From positions 1-26,144 of the forward strand of contig JBFMGK010000072.1 in the NCBI GenBank assembly GCA_040752575.1: 26,144 nucleotides of DNA, in the 5' to 3' direction. The translations under genes and the position numbers were made by a program. Under the pieces are notes generated by a model. It saw nothing but the letters and a program-made list of their open reading frames with translations. It was not told the DNA's origin and did not search any database. Shown piece after piece: positions 16,754 through 25,700 of this stretch. Source of the stretch: Candidatus Bipolaricaulota bacterium. GTDB taxonomy: Bacteria > Bipolaricaulota > Bipolaricaulia > UBA7950 > UBA9294. Within the stretch, counting starts at the first letter, position 1. Each line of letters starts with the position of its first letter.

Positions 16754-16948
16754 CTATTTGCCGATCATTCGGGTGATCATCTTCTCGAGACCCCCTGTCA
16801 GCTCTTTGCCCTTTCTTGCTTGCCGCTTCGCCTTCGGGCTCTTCTTCACGCTCTTGTGCCAGTACCCCGACACGGCATGGAACAGCTTTCCACCCTTCGA
16901 CCGCGTGAACCGCTTCTTCGACGCGGAGTGCGTCCTCTGCTTCGGCAC
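16754..16948 (-). CDS. rpmI: 50S ribosomal protein L35
   Basis: MPKQRTHSASKKRF...GK...H...KKS.KAKR, between infC and rplT; SD GAGGAGG. Confidence 0.93.
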   Translation of the reverse strand: MPKQRTHSASKKRFTRSKGGKLFHAVSGYWHKSVKKSPKAKRQARKGKELTGGLEKMITRMIGK

Positions 16949-16968
16949 CGTATCCTCCTCGAGCCGTC

Positions 16969-17478
16969 CTAGCTCTGTTGCGACGGCACGACCATCATCT
17001 GCAGCAGTTTGCCCTTCGCCTGCGGCTGGCCCTCCACCCTGGCGATGTCCTTGACCGAGTCCGCCACGCGGTTGAGCAGTTCATGCCCTTTTGCGGAGTG
17101 GATGATCTCGCGCCCTCGGAAGAAGATGCTGATCCGGACCATGTCGCCGTGGGACAGGAACGAGCGTACGCGCCCGAGCTTCGTCTGGAAGTCGTGCTCG
17201 CCGATCTTGATCGTGAACTTGATCTCTTTCAGCTTCGAGCGGTGCTGCTGCTTTCGCTCCCGCTTCTCTTGCTGGTAGTAGTACTTGCCGAAGTCCACGA
17301 TTCGACAGACGGGAGGCGACGCCTGAGGCGCGACCTCAACGAGATCCAGTCCTCGCTCTTTGGCAAGTGCGATCGCCCGATCGGTCGGCATCACGTTGAG
17401 GTTCTCGCCCTTGTCGTCGATCACGCGCACCTCGGGCACGCGGATCCGCTCGTTCACTCGCATCTTCCTGCTGTCGAT
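16969..17478 (-). CDS. infC: Translation initiation factor IF-3 (non-canonical ATC start)
   Basis: RVNERIRVPEVRVI, LDLVEVAP.ASPPVCRIVDFGKY, KEIKF..KIGEHDF, FRGRE. SD AGGAGGT at 17489-17483 precedes an in-frame ATC at 17478; ATG 17463 is 5 codons downstream. Confidence 0.97.
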   Translation of the reverse strand: MDSRKMRVNERIRVPEVRVIDDKGENLNVMPTDRAIALAKERGLDLVEVAPQASPPVCRIVDFGKYYYQQEKRERKQQHRSKLKEIKFTIKIGEHDFQTKLGRVRSFLSHGDMVRISIFFRGREIIHSAKGHELLNRVADSVKDIARVEGQPQAKGKLLQMMVVPSQQS

Positions 17479-17487
17479 ACGAACCTC

Positions 17488-18096
17488 CTAACCCGATTCG
17501 TCCCTTCTGTAGAGGCCGCGAGTCTTGATGATCGCCGCCACGCCCGGAGGAACCCACCGGCCGATGGATCTTCCCTCGCCGACCGCGCTGCGCACCGCGG
17601 ACGACGAGAGATCGATCTCCCGCATCGAAAGGACGTGAATCGACGCCCCATCGTACAGAGGACCCCGCATGGACGACAACGGCATCCCCGCGCGGGGCGC
17701 CACCAAGAGCGGAACCTCTCGCAACAGCGCCCCTGCCTCGCGCCAGGATCCGATCGTCGCCAATCGGTCGGCCCCGAGGATGAAGCACAGCCCTAGGGGA
17801 TAATCTTCTCTCATGACGCGGATCGTGTCAATGGTGTACGAGGGCCCCTTGCGGTCGATCTCGATGCGCGACGCAGCCAGTTGTGGGTGACCAGCGATCA
17901 TCGCCACGACCATGTCGAACCTGTCCTCGGCGGATCCGCCGAGCGGCTCCGGGCGCTGGGGAGGGACCCCGTTCGGCACGAAGACGACGGACGCAAGCTC
18001 GAATTGATGCAGCGCCTCGAGGGCAACGTCCAGATGGGCGTTGTGCGGGGGATCGAACGCCCCGCCGAATACCCCCACCCTACCCTTCAGCGTCAA
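17488..18096 (-). CDS. nadD: Nicotinate-nucleotide adenylyltransferase
   Basis: GVFGGAFDPPHNAH, SRIEIDRKGPSYTIDT, FILGAD, W, LSSSAVR, VPPGV..II...GLY. TTG 18096 with SD GAGGTG. Confidence 0.95.
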   Translation of the reverse strand: MTLKGRVGVFGGAFDPPHNAHLDVALEALHQFELASVVFVPNGVPPQRPEPLGGSAEDRFDMVVAMIAGHPQLAASRIEIDRKGPSYTIDTIRVMREDYPLGLCFILGADRLATIGSWREAGALLREVPLLVAPRAGMPLSSMRGPLYDGASIHVLSMREIDLSSSAVRSAVGEGRSIGRWVPPGVAAIIKTRGLYRRDESG

Positions 18097-19354
18097 CGCG
18101 CACCTCGCCGACCCTGAGCGGGTCTCCCTCTTCGTACCCGAGCCGTCGCAGCTCTTTGAGGACACCCATCTGGTCGAGTCGATCGACGAGGTACTTCCGC
18201 GCGTCGCGGCTTGAGAGGACGAGCTTTCGCGCCGCCTGCTCGACCTTCTGCCCCGAGACCACGAATACGCCTTCGTCGACCCGGACCTGGAATCCCTCGT
18301 CTCCTTCGAACCGATACGTGCGCCGGCGAACCGGGGCCGCAGGCGAGATGTCCCGCGCACGTTCCGCCTCGAGGACTCGGTACGCCTTCGCCATGAGCTC
18401 CCGCACGCCCGACATCGTCGCCACGGAGATCGGATGGAGTTCCATCCCCGCCGCAGCGAATCGCGCTCGCTGGGCTTCCACGACCTCCTCGGAAATCAGG
18501 TCGCACTTATTCCCCGCGACAAGCTGTGGGCGCTCGCCGAGCTTCGGGTTGAAGGCGCGGAGCTCTTCGTTGATCCGCTGAAGATCCTCCAGAGGGTCGC
18601 GACCATCGAGCGCCGCGAGGTCGACAAGATGGATCAGCACGCGCGTCCGCTCGACATGGCGCAGGAATCGATCCCCGAGTCCGCGACCCGCGTGGGCTCC
18701 GTCGATTAGGCCCGGCACGTCCACGGCCACGAATTGGTGTCGGCCGTCAAGGTCCACGACGCCGAGGTTCGGCACCAGTGTGGTGAACGGGTAGTCCGCG
18801 ACCTTGGCGCGCTTTCCCGAGACCGAGGAGATGAGACTCGACTTCCCGACGTTGGGATACCCGATGATGCCGACGTCGGCAATCAGCCGCAGCTCGAGCC
18901 GCAGCGACCGCGCCTCGCCCGGAAGCCCGCGCTCGCAGATCCGTGGTGTCGTCCGCGTCGAACTCGCGAAGCTCGCGTTGCCCCTTCCGCCTTCGCCACC
19001 GCGTGCGACGACCACCTCGTCGTCGGTGAGCGCAAGGTCCGCGAGCGTCTCGCCCGTCGCTCCGTCCCGGACTACGGTTCCCACCGGAACGTGGACGATG
19101 CGATCCGCGCCGCAGGCCCCGGCGCGATCGTTCTCGCCGCCGTTCGTCCCGTCCTCGGCGGAGAACAACGGCCGATTCCGGAACGAGTAGAGCGTCGACA
19201 TGCTGAGCGAGGCTCGGAAGACCACGGCGCCGCCGGGGCCCCCGTTCCCTCCGTCAGGCCCGCCGCGGGGATTGTGTCGGCTCGTGGCAAAGTGGATGAC
19301 CCCGCCCCCGCCGCGCCCTCCGCGGACGCGGACGGTCGCCTCATCGACAAACAT
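18080..19354 (-). CDS. obgE: GTPase ObgE/CgtA with C-terminal OCT domain
   Basis: MFVDEA, GGPDGGNGG, GYPNVGKS, ADYPFTT, DVPG, FLRHVER, NKCD, C-terminal MGV.KEL..LG..EGD. Start ATG 19354. Confidence 0.97.
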   Translation of the reverse strand: MFVDEATVRVRGGRGGGGVIHFATSRHNPRGGPDGGNGGPGGAVVFRASLSMSTLYSFRNRPLFSAEDGTNGGENDRAGACGADRIVHVPVGTVVRDGATGETLADLALTDDEVVVARGGEGGRGNASFASSTRTTPRICERGLPGEARSLRLELRLIADVGIIGYPNVGKSSLISSVSGKRAKVADYPFTTLVPNLGVVDLDGRHQFVAVDVPGLIDGAHAGRGLGDRFLRHVERTRVLIHLVDLAALDGRDPLEDLQRINEELRAFNPKLGERPQLVAGNKCDLISEEVVEAQRARFAAAGMELHPISVATMSGVRELMAKAYRVLEAERARDISPAAPVRRRTYRFEGDEGFQVRVDEGVFVVSGQKVEQAARKLVLSSRDARKYLVDRLDQMGVLKELRRLGYEEGDPLRVGEVRVDAEG

Positions 19355-19374
19355 GGGATCGCGTGGAGAGCAGC

Positions 19375-19635
19375 TCAGTCTCCTGCGTCGGCGGGGATCA
19401 CGTTGACGTAGGTCTTCCCGCGCGTCTCGAAGTGTACCGTCCCTGGGACGGTCGCGAAGATCGTGAAATCCCGCCCCAAGCCGACATTGCGACCCGGTGC
19501 GTACTTCGTCCCCCGCTGCCGAACGATGATCGTGCCCGCGTTGACCCACTCACCGCCGAACCGCTTCACGCCGAGCCGTTGGCCCGGGCTGTCGTGCACG
19601 TTCTGCGTAGATCCTGTACTTGTCTTATGCGCCAT
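19375..19635 (-). CDS. rpmA: 50S ribosomal protein L27 (short form, no N-terminal extension)
   Basis: [55 protein letters not shown]. Confidence 0.98.
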   Translation of the reverse strand: MAHKTSTGSTQNVHDSPGQRLGVKRFGGEWVNAGTIIVRQRGTKYAPGRNVGLGRDFTIFATVPGTVHFETRGKTYVNVIPADAGD

Positions 19636-19663
19636 CGTCGTCTCCTTACCTCACCGCCGAGGG

Positions 19664-19987
19664 CTACCGAACCCCGACGCCGATCGATCCCTCGTGAACG
19701 GCGACCTTGCCGCCGTAGTCACGCTCCAGGAGCCGGAACCCCGTAACCAAGGTCTCGAAGACGGCGTCCAGTTCGCGATCCAGGTGCGGTCCCTCGCGAT
19801 CGACGACCAGGGCCATCTCCTCGGTCAGCGAGCACTCGGCGTGGACGTGTAGATACTCGGTCAAGACCGAAACGGCCGCCTCAAACATCCTGCCGACCTC
19901 CCCCGCGAGTTTCGCGGTTCCAAGGTCGCGCGCGGCAAAGCCGAGAATCCGTCCCCGCTCGTCTCGTTGCACCAGGATCTCGCCCAC
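19664..19987 (-). CDS. Prp/YsxB (DUF464)-like protein lacking the catalytic His/Cys motifs
   Basis: Lies between rplU and rpmA, 107 aa, SD AGGAG. N-terminal I.V.RD..GRI.GF and C-terminal FETLVTGF..LE.DY...V.V follow the Prp pattern. Confidence 0.72.
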   Translation of the reverse strand: MGEILVQRDERGRILGFAARDLGTAKLAGEVGRMFEAAVSVLTEYLHVHAECSLTEEMALVVDREGPHLDRELDAVFETLVTGFRLLERDYGGKVAVHEGSIGVGVR

Positions 19988-19996
19988 ACCGGACTC

Positions 19997-20311
19997 CTAC
20001 GCGCCAATCGAGGTGATCGTCGTCGTCATGATCTCCTGACGATGCCCCTGTTTTCGGCGGTACCCTTTCTTCGCCTTGTACTTGTAGATCACGATCTTGT
20101 CGCCGCGCTTCACCGAAGCGACTTCTCCGCGAACCGCCGTCCCCGCGAGGTACGGCGTCCCGACGCGGACACCCTCGTCGGTCACCAAGAGAAGGACGCG
20201 GTCGAACTCGACCTGCCCACCGACGTCGACGCCCGGGACGAGCTCGTGCTCGAGCTTCATCCCCTCTTCGACTCGGTACTGCTTTCCACCGGTTTCAATG
20301 ACTGCGTACAT
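19997..20311 (-). CDS. rplU: 50S ribosomal protein L21
   Basis: MYAVIETGGKQYRV.EG, VGTPY, KYKAKKGYRRKQGHRQ. Start ATG 20311. Confidence 0.98.
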   Translation of the reverse strand: MYAVIETGGKQYRVEEGMKLEHELVPGVDVGGQVEFDRVLLLVTDEGVRVGTPYLAGTAVRGEVASVKRGDKIVIYKYKAKKGYRRKQGHRQEIMTTTITSIGA

Positions 20312-20334
20312 CCTGTCACCCCAATGTGGCGTAG

Positions 20335-20363
20335 ATTCTAGCGTCCGGCACAGGGCCCCGCAA
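20335..20363 (-). promoter_or_regulatory. sigma70-type promoter for the rplU operon
   Basis: TTGCGG (20363-20358), 17 bp, TAGAAT (20340-20335). Confidence 0.75.
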
Positions 20364-20367
20364 CCCG

Positions 20368-22341
20368 CTAGCCGACGCGACAACCCGGATCGACCGGGCT
20401 CTCGGGTCCGATCAAGGCAAGCCGCTCCCCTTGGGCTGCGAGGACCATGGCATCCGAGACCACCCCGCGGAGTGTCCGCGGAGGCAGATTCGCGACCACC
20501 ACGACCTGACGTCCGACGAGTGCCTCGAGGTTGTGCGTGGTGCGCAGCCCAGCCACGCACGTCCGCATCTCACCCCCGAGGTCCACCGTCAGACGAAGGA
20601 GGCGGTCGCTTCCTTCGACGGGCTCGGCCGTTCGGATCGTCGCAACGCGTAGATCCACGCGGCCGAACGCCTCCGGCGAGACCAGATCCTCGTCGCGGTC
20701 CGTCTTCTCGACCGCCGGCCCCCCCTGCGGTTCAACGCGGGCCCGCATCGCGTCCACGTCGATTCGCTCGAACAGCACGCGCTCGGAACCTAATCGGTTC
20801 CCGCCAAGATCCAGGTCGAGATCCGCCCAGCGCGGGCTCTTGACGCCGAGGACGCGCAGTAGATCCCCTCCGAAACGAGGGACATAGGGAGAAAGCAAGA
20901 GGGCAAGCGCCTTGACGAGGTGGACGCCTCCCGCAAGCGCCGCCTTGTCGCCCGTCGCCCACGGGCTCTTGCGCTGGAAGTACTCGTTCCCGAAGACCGC
21001 AAGTTCGCAGGCGGCGCGAAGCCCCTGTCCGAGGAGACCGTCGGCGAACGCGCGTTCAACCGCGGCAACCGCCGCCCGGACATGGACCGTCACCTCGTCG
21101 TCGATCGGGACGGCCGGTACGACGCCGCCCTCTTTGGTTTGCACGAACGAGATGATCCGGTTCGCGAGATTCGCCACGTTCGAGATCAGGATCCCATTGA
21201 TCGCCTTGTCCAACTCCTCCCACGAGAAATCGACGTCACGCGACTCGGGGCGGTTGTACAGAAGGTAGAACCGCCACAGCTCCGCGGGCATGAGTTCAAG
21301 CGCCTGATCGCAGTACAGGCCCACCCCGCGCGTCTTCGAGAAGCCCTCGCCGCCGATCCAGTTGAGGTATTCGGTCGCAGCAATCTGATCCGGAAGGTGG
21401 TACCCGCGCTGCGACGCAATAAGCTGCCCCGGGAAAATCAGCGAGTGGAAAGGGATGTTGTCCTTGCCGATCGTGTAGATTTGGAAGACGTCATCGCCGA
21501 ACCAGAAGGGCTTCCATCGCTCATCGCCCTGGAAGTGTTCGATGACCGCGGAGACATAACCCAGCGCAGCTTCTCCCCAGACGTAGATGACCTTGCCCTC
21601 GGCCCCGGCGAATGGGGCGGGGATCCCCCACTCGATGTCGCGCGTGATGGCGCGGGGCTTCAAGCCATCGTCGATCATCTGCTGCGTGAACCAGTGGACA
21701 TTCCCTTGGAAGCCGCGCGACGCAACGTACTGCTTCAGGGCGGGCGCAAGCTTGCGTAGATCGAGGTACCAGTGCTTCGTCTCGCGAAACTCGATCTCAC
21801 GCCGCCCGCAGAAGCTGCAGACGGGGCTGACGAGATCCTCGGGCTCGAGGATCGCGCCGCAGGCGTCGCACTGATCGCCGAGCGCGCCCGATGCCCCGCA
21901 CTTCGGGCACGTCCCGCTGATGAGTCGGTCGGCGAGGAACTTCCCGCAGTGACGGCAGTAGGCGCGGTGTTCCGCCTGGGTGACGATGAACCCCTGAGCT
22001 TCCATCTCAAGGTAAATGTCGTGGACGAACGACTTGTGGGTTTCCGACTCCGTCGTCGTGTAGTTGTCGAACCGGATGTCGAACGCGTCGAGTAGCCGTC
22101 GAATGCCTTCGTGAACCTCGCTGGCCAAGGCCGCCGGCGTGACGTCCCTCTTGCGGGCTTCGTACTCGATCCGGGTGCCATGAGCGTCGGACCCCGAGAC
22201 GTACAGGACCTCGGCTCCGCGAAGTCGATAGTAGCGCGCGAACACGTCGCCCGAGAGAAGCGATCCGATCAGATTGCCGAGGTGCGGCAGCCCCGACGCA
22301 TACGGCCACGCACTGCAGACCAAGACTCGACGCGGGTCCAC
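20368..22341 (-). CDS. metG: Methionine--tRNA ligase with C-terminal tRNA-binding (Trbp111/EMAP-like) domain
   Basis: AWPYASG.PHLGN (HIGH), SGSDAHGT, four CxxC motifs, ITRDIEWG, YVW, GKDNIPFH, FSKTRG (KMSKS variant), C-terminal DLRVA...VVANL.PR.LRG..S. GTG 22341 with SD GGGAGGT. Confidence 0.97.
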   Translation of the reverse strand: MDPRRVLVCSAWPYASGLPHLGNLIGSLLSGDVFARYYRLRGAEVLYVSGSDAHGTRIEYEARKRDVTPAALASEVHEGIRRLLDAFDIRFDNYTTTESETHKSFVHDIYLEMEAQGFIVTQAEHRAYCRHCGKFLADRLISGTCPKCGASGALGDQCDACGAILEPEDLVSPVCSFCGRREIEFRETKHWYLDLRKLAPALKQYVASRGFQGNVHWFTQQMIDDGLKPRAITRDIEWGIPAPFAGAEGKVIYVWGEAALGYVSAVIEHFQGDERWKPFWFGDDVFQIYTIGKDNIPFHSLIFPGQLIASQRGYHLPDQIAATEYLNWIGGEGFSKTRGVGLYCDQALELMPAELWRFYLLYNRPESRDVDFSWEELDKAINGILISNVANLANRIISFVQTKEGGVVPAVPIDDEVTVHVRAAVAAVERAFADGLLGQGLRAACELAVFGNEYFQRKSPWATGDKAALAGGVHLVKALALLLSPYVPRFGGDLLRVLGVKSPRWADLDLDLGGNRLGSERVLFERIDVDAMRARVEPQGGPAVEKTDRDEDLVSPEAFGRVDLRVATIRTAEPVEGSDRLLRLTVDLGGEMRTCVAGLRTTHNLEALVGRQVVVVANLPPRTLRGVVSDAMVLAAQGERLALIGPESPVDPGCRVG

Positions 22342-22378
22342 CGCAACCTCCCTTCTCTCACGCTCGCCACGAGCGGCG

Positions 22379-22446
22379 ATTATAGCGATCCCTTCGGGCT
22401 CCGCAAACACACGTCGCTTGCGGCCGCTCCAACTTCCAGGTATACC
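22379..22446. promoter_or_regulatory. Back-to-back divergent promoters for metG (-) and moaD (+)
   Basis: Minus strand: TTGCGG (22406-22401), 16 bp, TATAAT (22384-22379). Plus strand: TTGCGG (22418-22423), 17 bp, TATACC (22441-22446). Confidence 0.65.
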
Positions 22447-22452
22447 TGCGCC

Positions 22453-22764
22453 ATGAACGATGGCAGTACCCCATCCACGGAGTCCAGCATTCGCCTTGAC
22501 GTCCGGGTCTTCGGCGGCCTGCGCGAGCTGCTCGGCAGCCGTAGCCTCGAGGTCAGGCTTCCGGGGCGCTCAACCGTTGCCGCACTCCTGGACTCCCTGG
22601 AGCGCGACCACCGCGAGCTCGTTGCGGCGTTGCGGCGCGGCATCGGCGAAGGGTATCTGAACGTCCTCGTCAACGGCCACAACGCCCACTTCCGTCAGGG
22701 GCTCGCGACCGCGCTTTCGGACGGCGACGCCGTCGCCTTTCTCCCGCCGATCGGCGGCGGTTAG
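22453..22764 (+). CDS. moaD: MoaD/ThiS/SAMP-family ubiquitin-like sulfur carrier
   Basis: VRVFGGLRELLG, TVAALL..L, NVLVNG.N..F..GL.T.L.DGD.VAFLPPIGGG with C-terminal GG. Start ATG 22453. Confidence 0.9.
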   Translation: MNDGSTPSTESSIRLDVRVFGGLRELLGSRSLEVRLPGRSTVAALLDSLERDHRELVAALRRGIGEGYLNVLVNGHNAHFRQGLATALSDGDAVAFLPPIGGG

Positions 22765-22773
22765 CCAACGCCC

Positions 22774-25700
22774 CTAGAAGTCGATCGCCGCGGTGAAGTC
22801 GAACGTAGCGGCATGCGCCGCACGACCGGAGTCCTTCAAGCTTCCGAGGTACGAGGAGGTGAACGAGAGACTCCAGCTCTCCGACAGGCGCAGGTCCAGC
22901 GCCGCGCCCACGGTCCAATTCGCGTCGACGCCGCGGTCATCCCGTCGCAGGTCCCCCGAGGTCAGCAGCCGCAGCGACGCTCCGGTCGGACCGGGCGCGG
23001 CGGACGATCCGTCCGCTGCCGCGCCGCCGAACCAGGCACTCACATCGCAGGACAGCGTGTTGTCCAGCGCCGCCGTCAGGAGCTTGCTCTGCAGCCGAAG
23101 CGATGCCGTGAACGCGTCCGAGGTGCCGTCGCTTCCCGTCCACGTCACCCGCAGGCTCCACGCATGGTTCATCGTCGCCTCTTGCTCTTCGGCCGTCCGC
23201 GTCACCGTGCGCGTTCCCGTGTAGCTGAGCGTGGGCCGGAACGACGTGGACTCCGTGAAGGTCCACGTCGACGAGACGCGCTCGTTCCACCGATCGACCC
23301 GTTCCCCGAGCCCCGTAACGTCCAGCGAGAGAATCGTCCGACCGGAGAGCCCTCCCCTCTCCGTTCTCGCGCTGAGACGACCGCCGAGGCTCAGGCCCTC
23401 AGCGTCGAAATCGCCCGTGAGATCCAGCGTCGGCGTGATCTTCCAAGATCCCAAGGACAGCACCCCCACGCTCGCGTTGGCCTCCGCGGCGTGCGTCGGC
23501 TGCGAGAACGATCCGCCGAGGGCCCGCTCGGCCGAGAGGTCATACGAGGCCGACAGGCGGAGCGTCGAGCCGACCCACGCAGCCTCGCTCGACCAGCGTA
23601 GGGTATCGCTCCCGCTCCGCGTCCCGCCACGGTCGCGCACCGGACGGCTCCACGCAAGGGCGCTCGACGCGTCCGGGCCTAACGCCAGGGTCGCGCTGAC
23701 TCCCAGCGACGTCGACCGGTCTTCACCGCGCGCCGCGCCCCACGAGAAGGCCTCGCTCCACGTCATGCCGATGTCCAATGCGTCGCCGAACAGCGTATGA
23801 TCGAGCCCAAAGCGATACGAGAACTCCTCGCGCTCGCGGCCCGGGGCAGCGGCATCGTCGTCCTCGGCTCTCTGCACGAGGACGAGCGACATTCGCGGCC
23901 CGGGCGACGCATCCAACTGGACTCGATTCTCCAGCGTGGTATGACGGTTGAGAGATCCGAGTTCGTCGAGCGCCACGGCGTGAGCGAACGACATCCGTAG
24001 GCTTTCTCCCAGCCCCGCCTCTCCCTCGAGCGTCCACGCCGCCTCGTCTCGACGCGACAGAACGTCGATGCCTCGGAACCCGGGGAACGTTCGCTCCATC
24101 TCTCCGGAGAGCGAGAGCCCGTCGGCCTCGTGGTCGAACGAGGCGCGCGCCGTCCATCCACGCGTCGAGTGCTCGCTCGGGATGACGTCCTCGAACCGAT
24201 ACGGGTTCCAGCCGACCGTCTCCATCTCCTCGCCGGTGAACGACGTCTCTTGGGAGCCGACCTTCCAGAGGACGAGTGCCCCCTCTTCGATCGATGCGGC
24301 AATCCATAGGTTCTCGCCGTCGGACGTCATCGCGGTAACGCGAGCCTCGGGATGTCGCCGCACGCCGTCCGGGTCGACGTACCCCGCCGTGCCCCCATAC
24401 GCCGGTCCACCAAGAACGGCAATCGCTTGCGCCGCCTCCGTAGAGAGCCATCCCGCCGGCTGGTCGTCGATGAAGACCTGGACTCCGCGTTCGGTCGCCG
24501 CATACAGCGCCCGTCCGTCGCTCGCCAAGGCGCTCACCCCAAGGGCCGCATCGAGGGCGACGGCTCCCTCGCCGTCAACTCTCACCAGACCCCGGTCCGT
24601 CCCGACGTACACGCCACCCGCATGGCTTGCCAGCGCCAGCCCAGGCGCCACGACAGGATCCGTCACGACGTTCCACGCCGCGGGATCGGCAAGGTCTTCG
24701 ACGGCAACCCTGGCCACGCCGCCGTCCGTACCGATCCACAGCGTCCCGTCGACAAGAAGCAGCGAGCGCACCGATGCACTGGGCAGGCCGTCGCGCTCGC
24801 CGAAGCGGCGCCAGTTGGCGACCATGTCAAACGGGACCACGCCCACACGCTCGACGACAGTCAGACCGCTCTCGGTGCCCAGGATCACGACGTCTCGATC
24901 CACGGCGGCCGCGCGCACTTCCCGGCCGGCAAGTCCATGGCTCGACGTGAGCGCCCGCCACTCGCCCTCCTCGAGCACGCTGAATCCTACGTCGTGCCCG
25001 ACGATGGCGAGGCCCTCACCAACGGCCAGAGCGTTGATCTCGTTGGCCACGGCGCGGCGTTCGTTGTCGTCGAACGGGAAGCGGTCATCGGTCACGCCCA
25101 CGGTGAACGCTGCCAGGAGCTCATCCATCTCTAGGTCGGCCAGGATGCCGGCGACGACCTGCCGATTGGGCATCGTCTTCGCCGCCTCCGGGTTCGAGAT
25201 CGACCCAGCATCGTCGAGGGCCGACAGGAGGACGAGATCCATCGACAGCCGCTCCGAGACCGGCCATAAGACGGTGGTTCCCGCGAAGTAGCGCGCGTAC
25301 CCGCCGGCGCCGCCGAGGCCGCCGCTCTGCCGCTCGTACTCCACGACGAGAACGCCCGTCGACGGGACCTCAACGATCAGCGACACCACGCCGATCTCGT
25401 AATCGATCACGTAGTCCACGTCGCGCGCCAGGAGCCTGCCGTCCAGCGTGACTCGATCGCTCCCCGGTAGGACGTTGAGTCCCAGGGAGTAGACGCCTCC
25501 TGCGACCTCGTAGCGGAACGTCGCTCGCAGCGCCGCCCCCACAAGCTCGAAAAAAGCCTCCGGGAAGTCAACCCGGAGAATGCCCTCGCTCTCGAACACC
25601 TCGACGTGATACTGCGAGAGCGAAGGATCGTCGAGGGGAACGAAGGCATCCCCCACTCTTCGGACCTCGACGTCGGTCTCGCCTCGGACCAGTCCCTCCT

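Noticed and set aside
24068..25291. 407-aa plus-strand ORF
   Set aside because: Ser/Pro/Thr/Arg-rich mirror of the large minus-strand gene, with no SD or domain signal.
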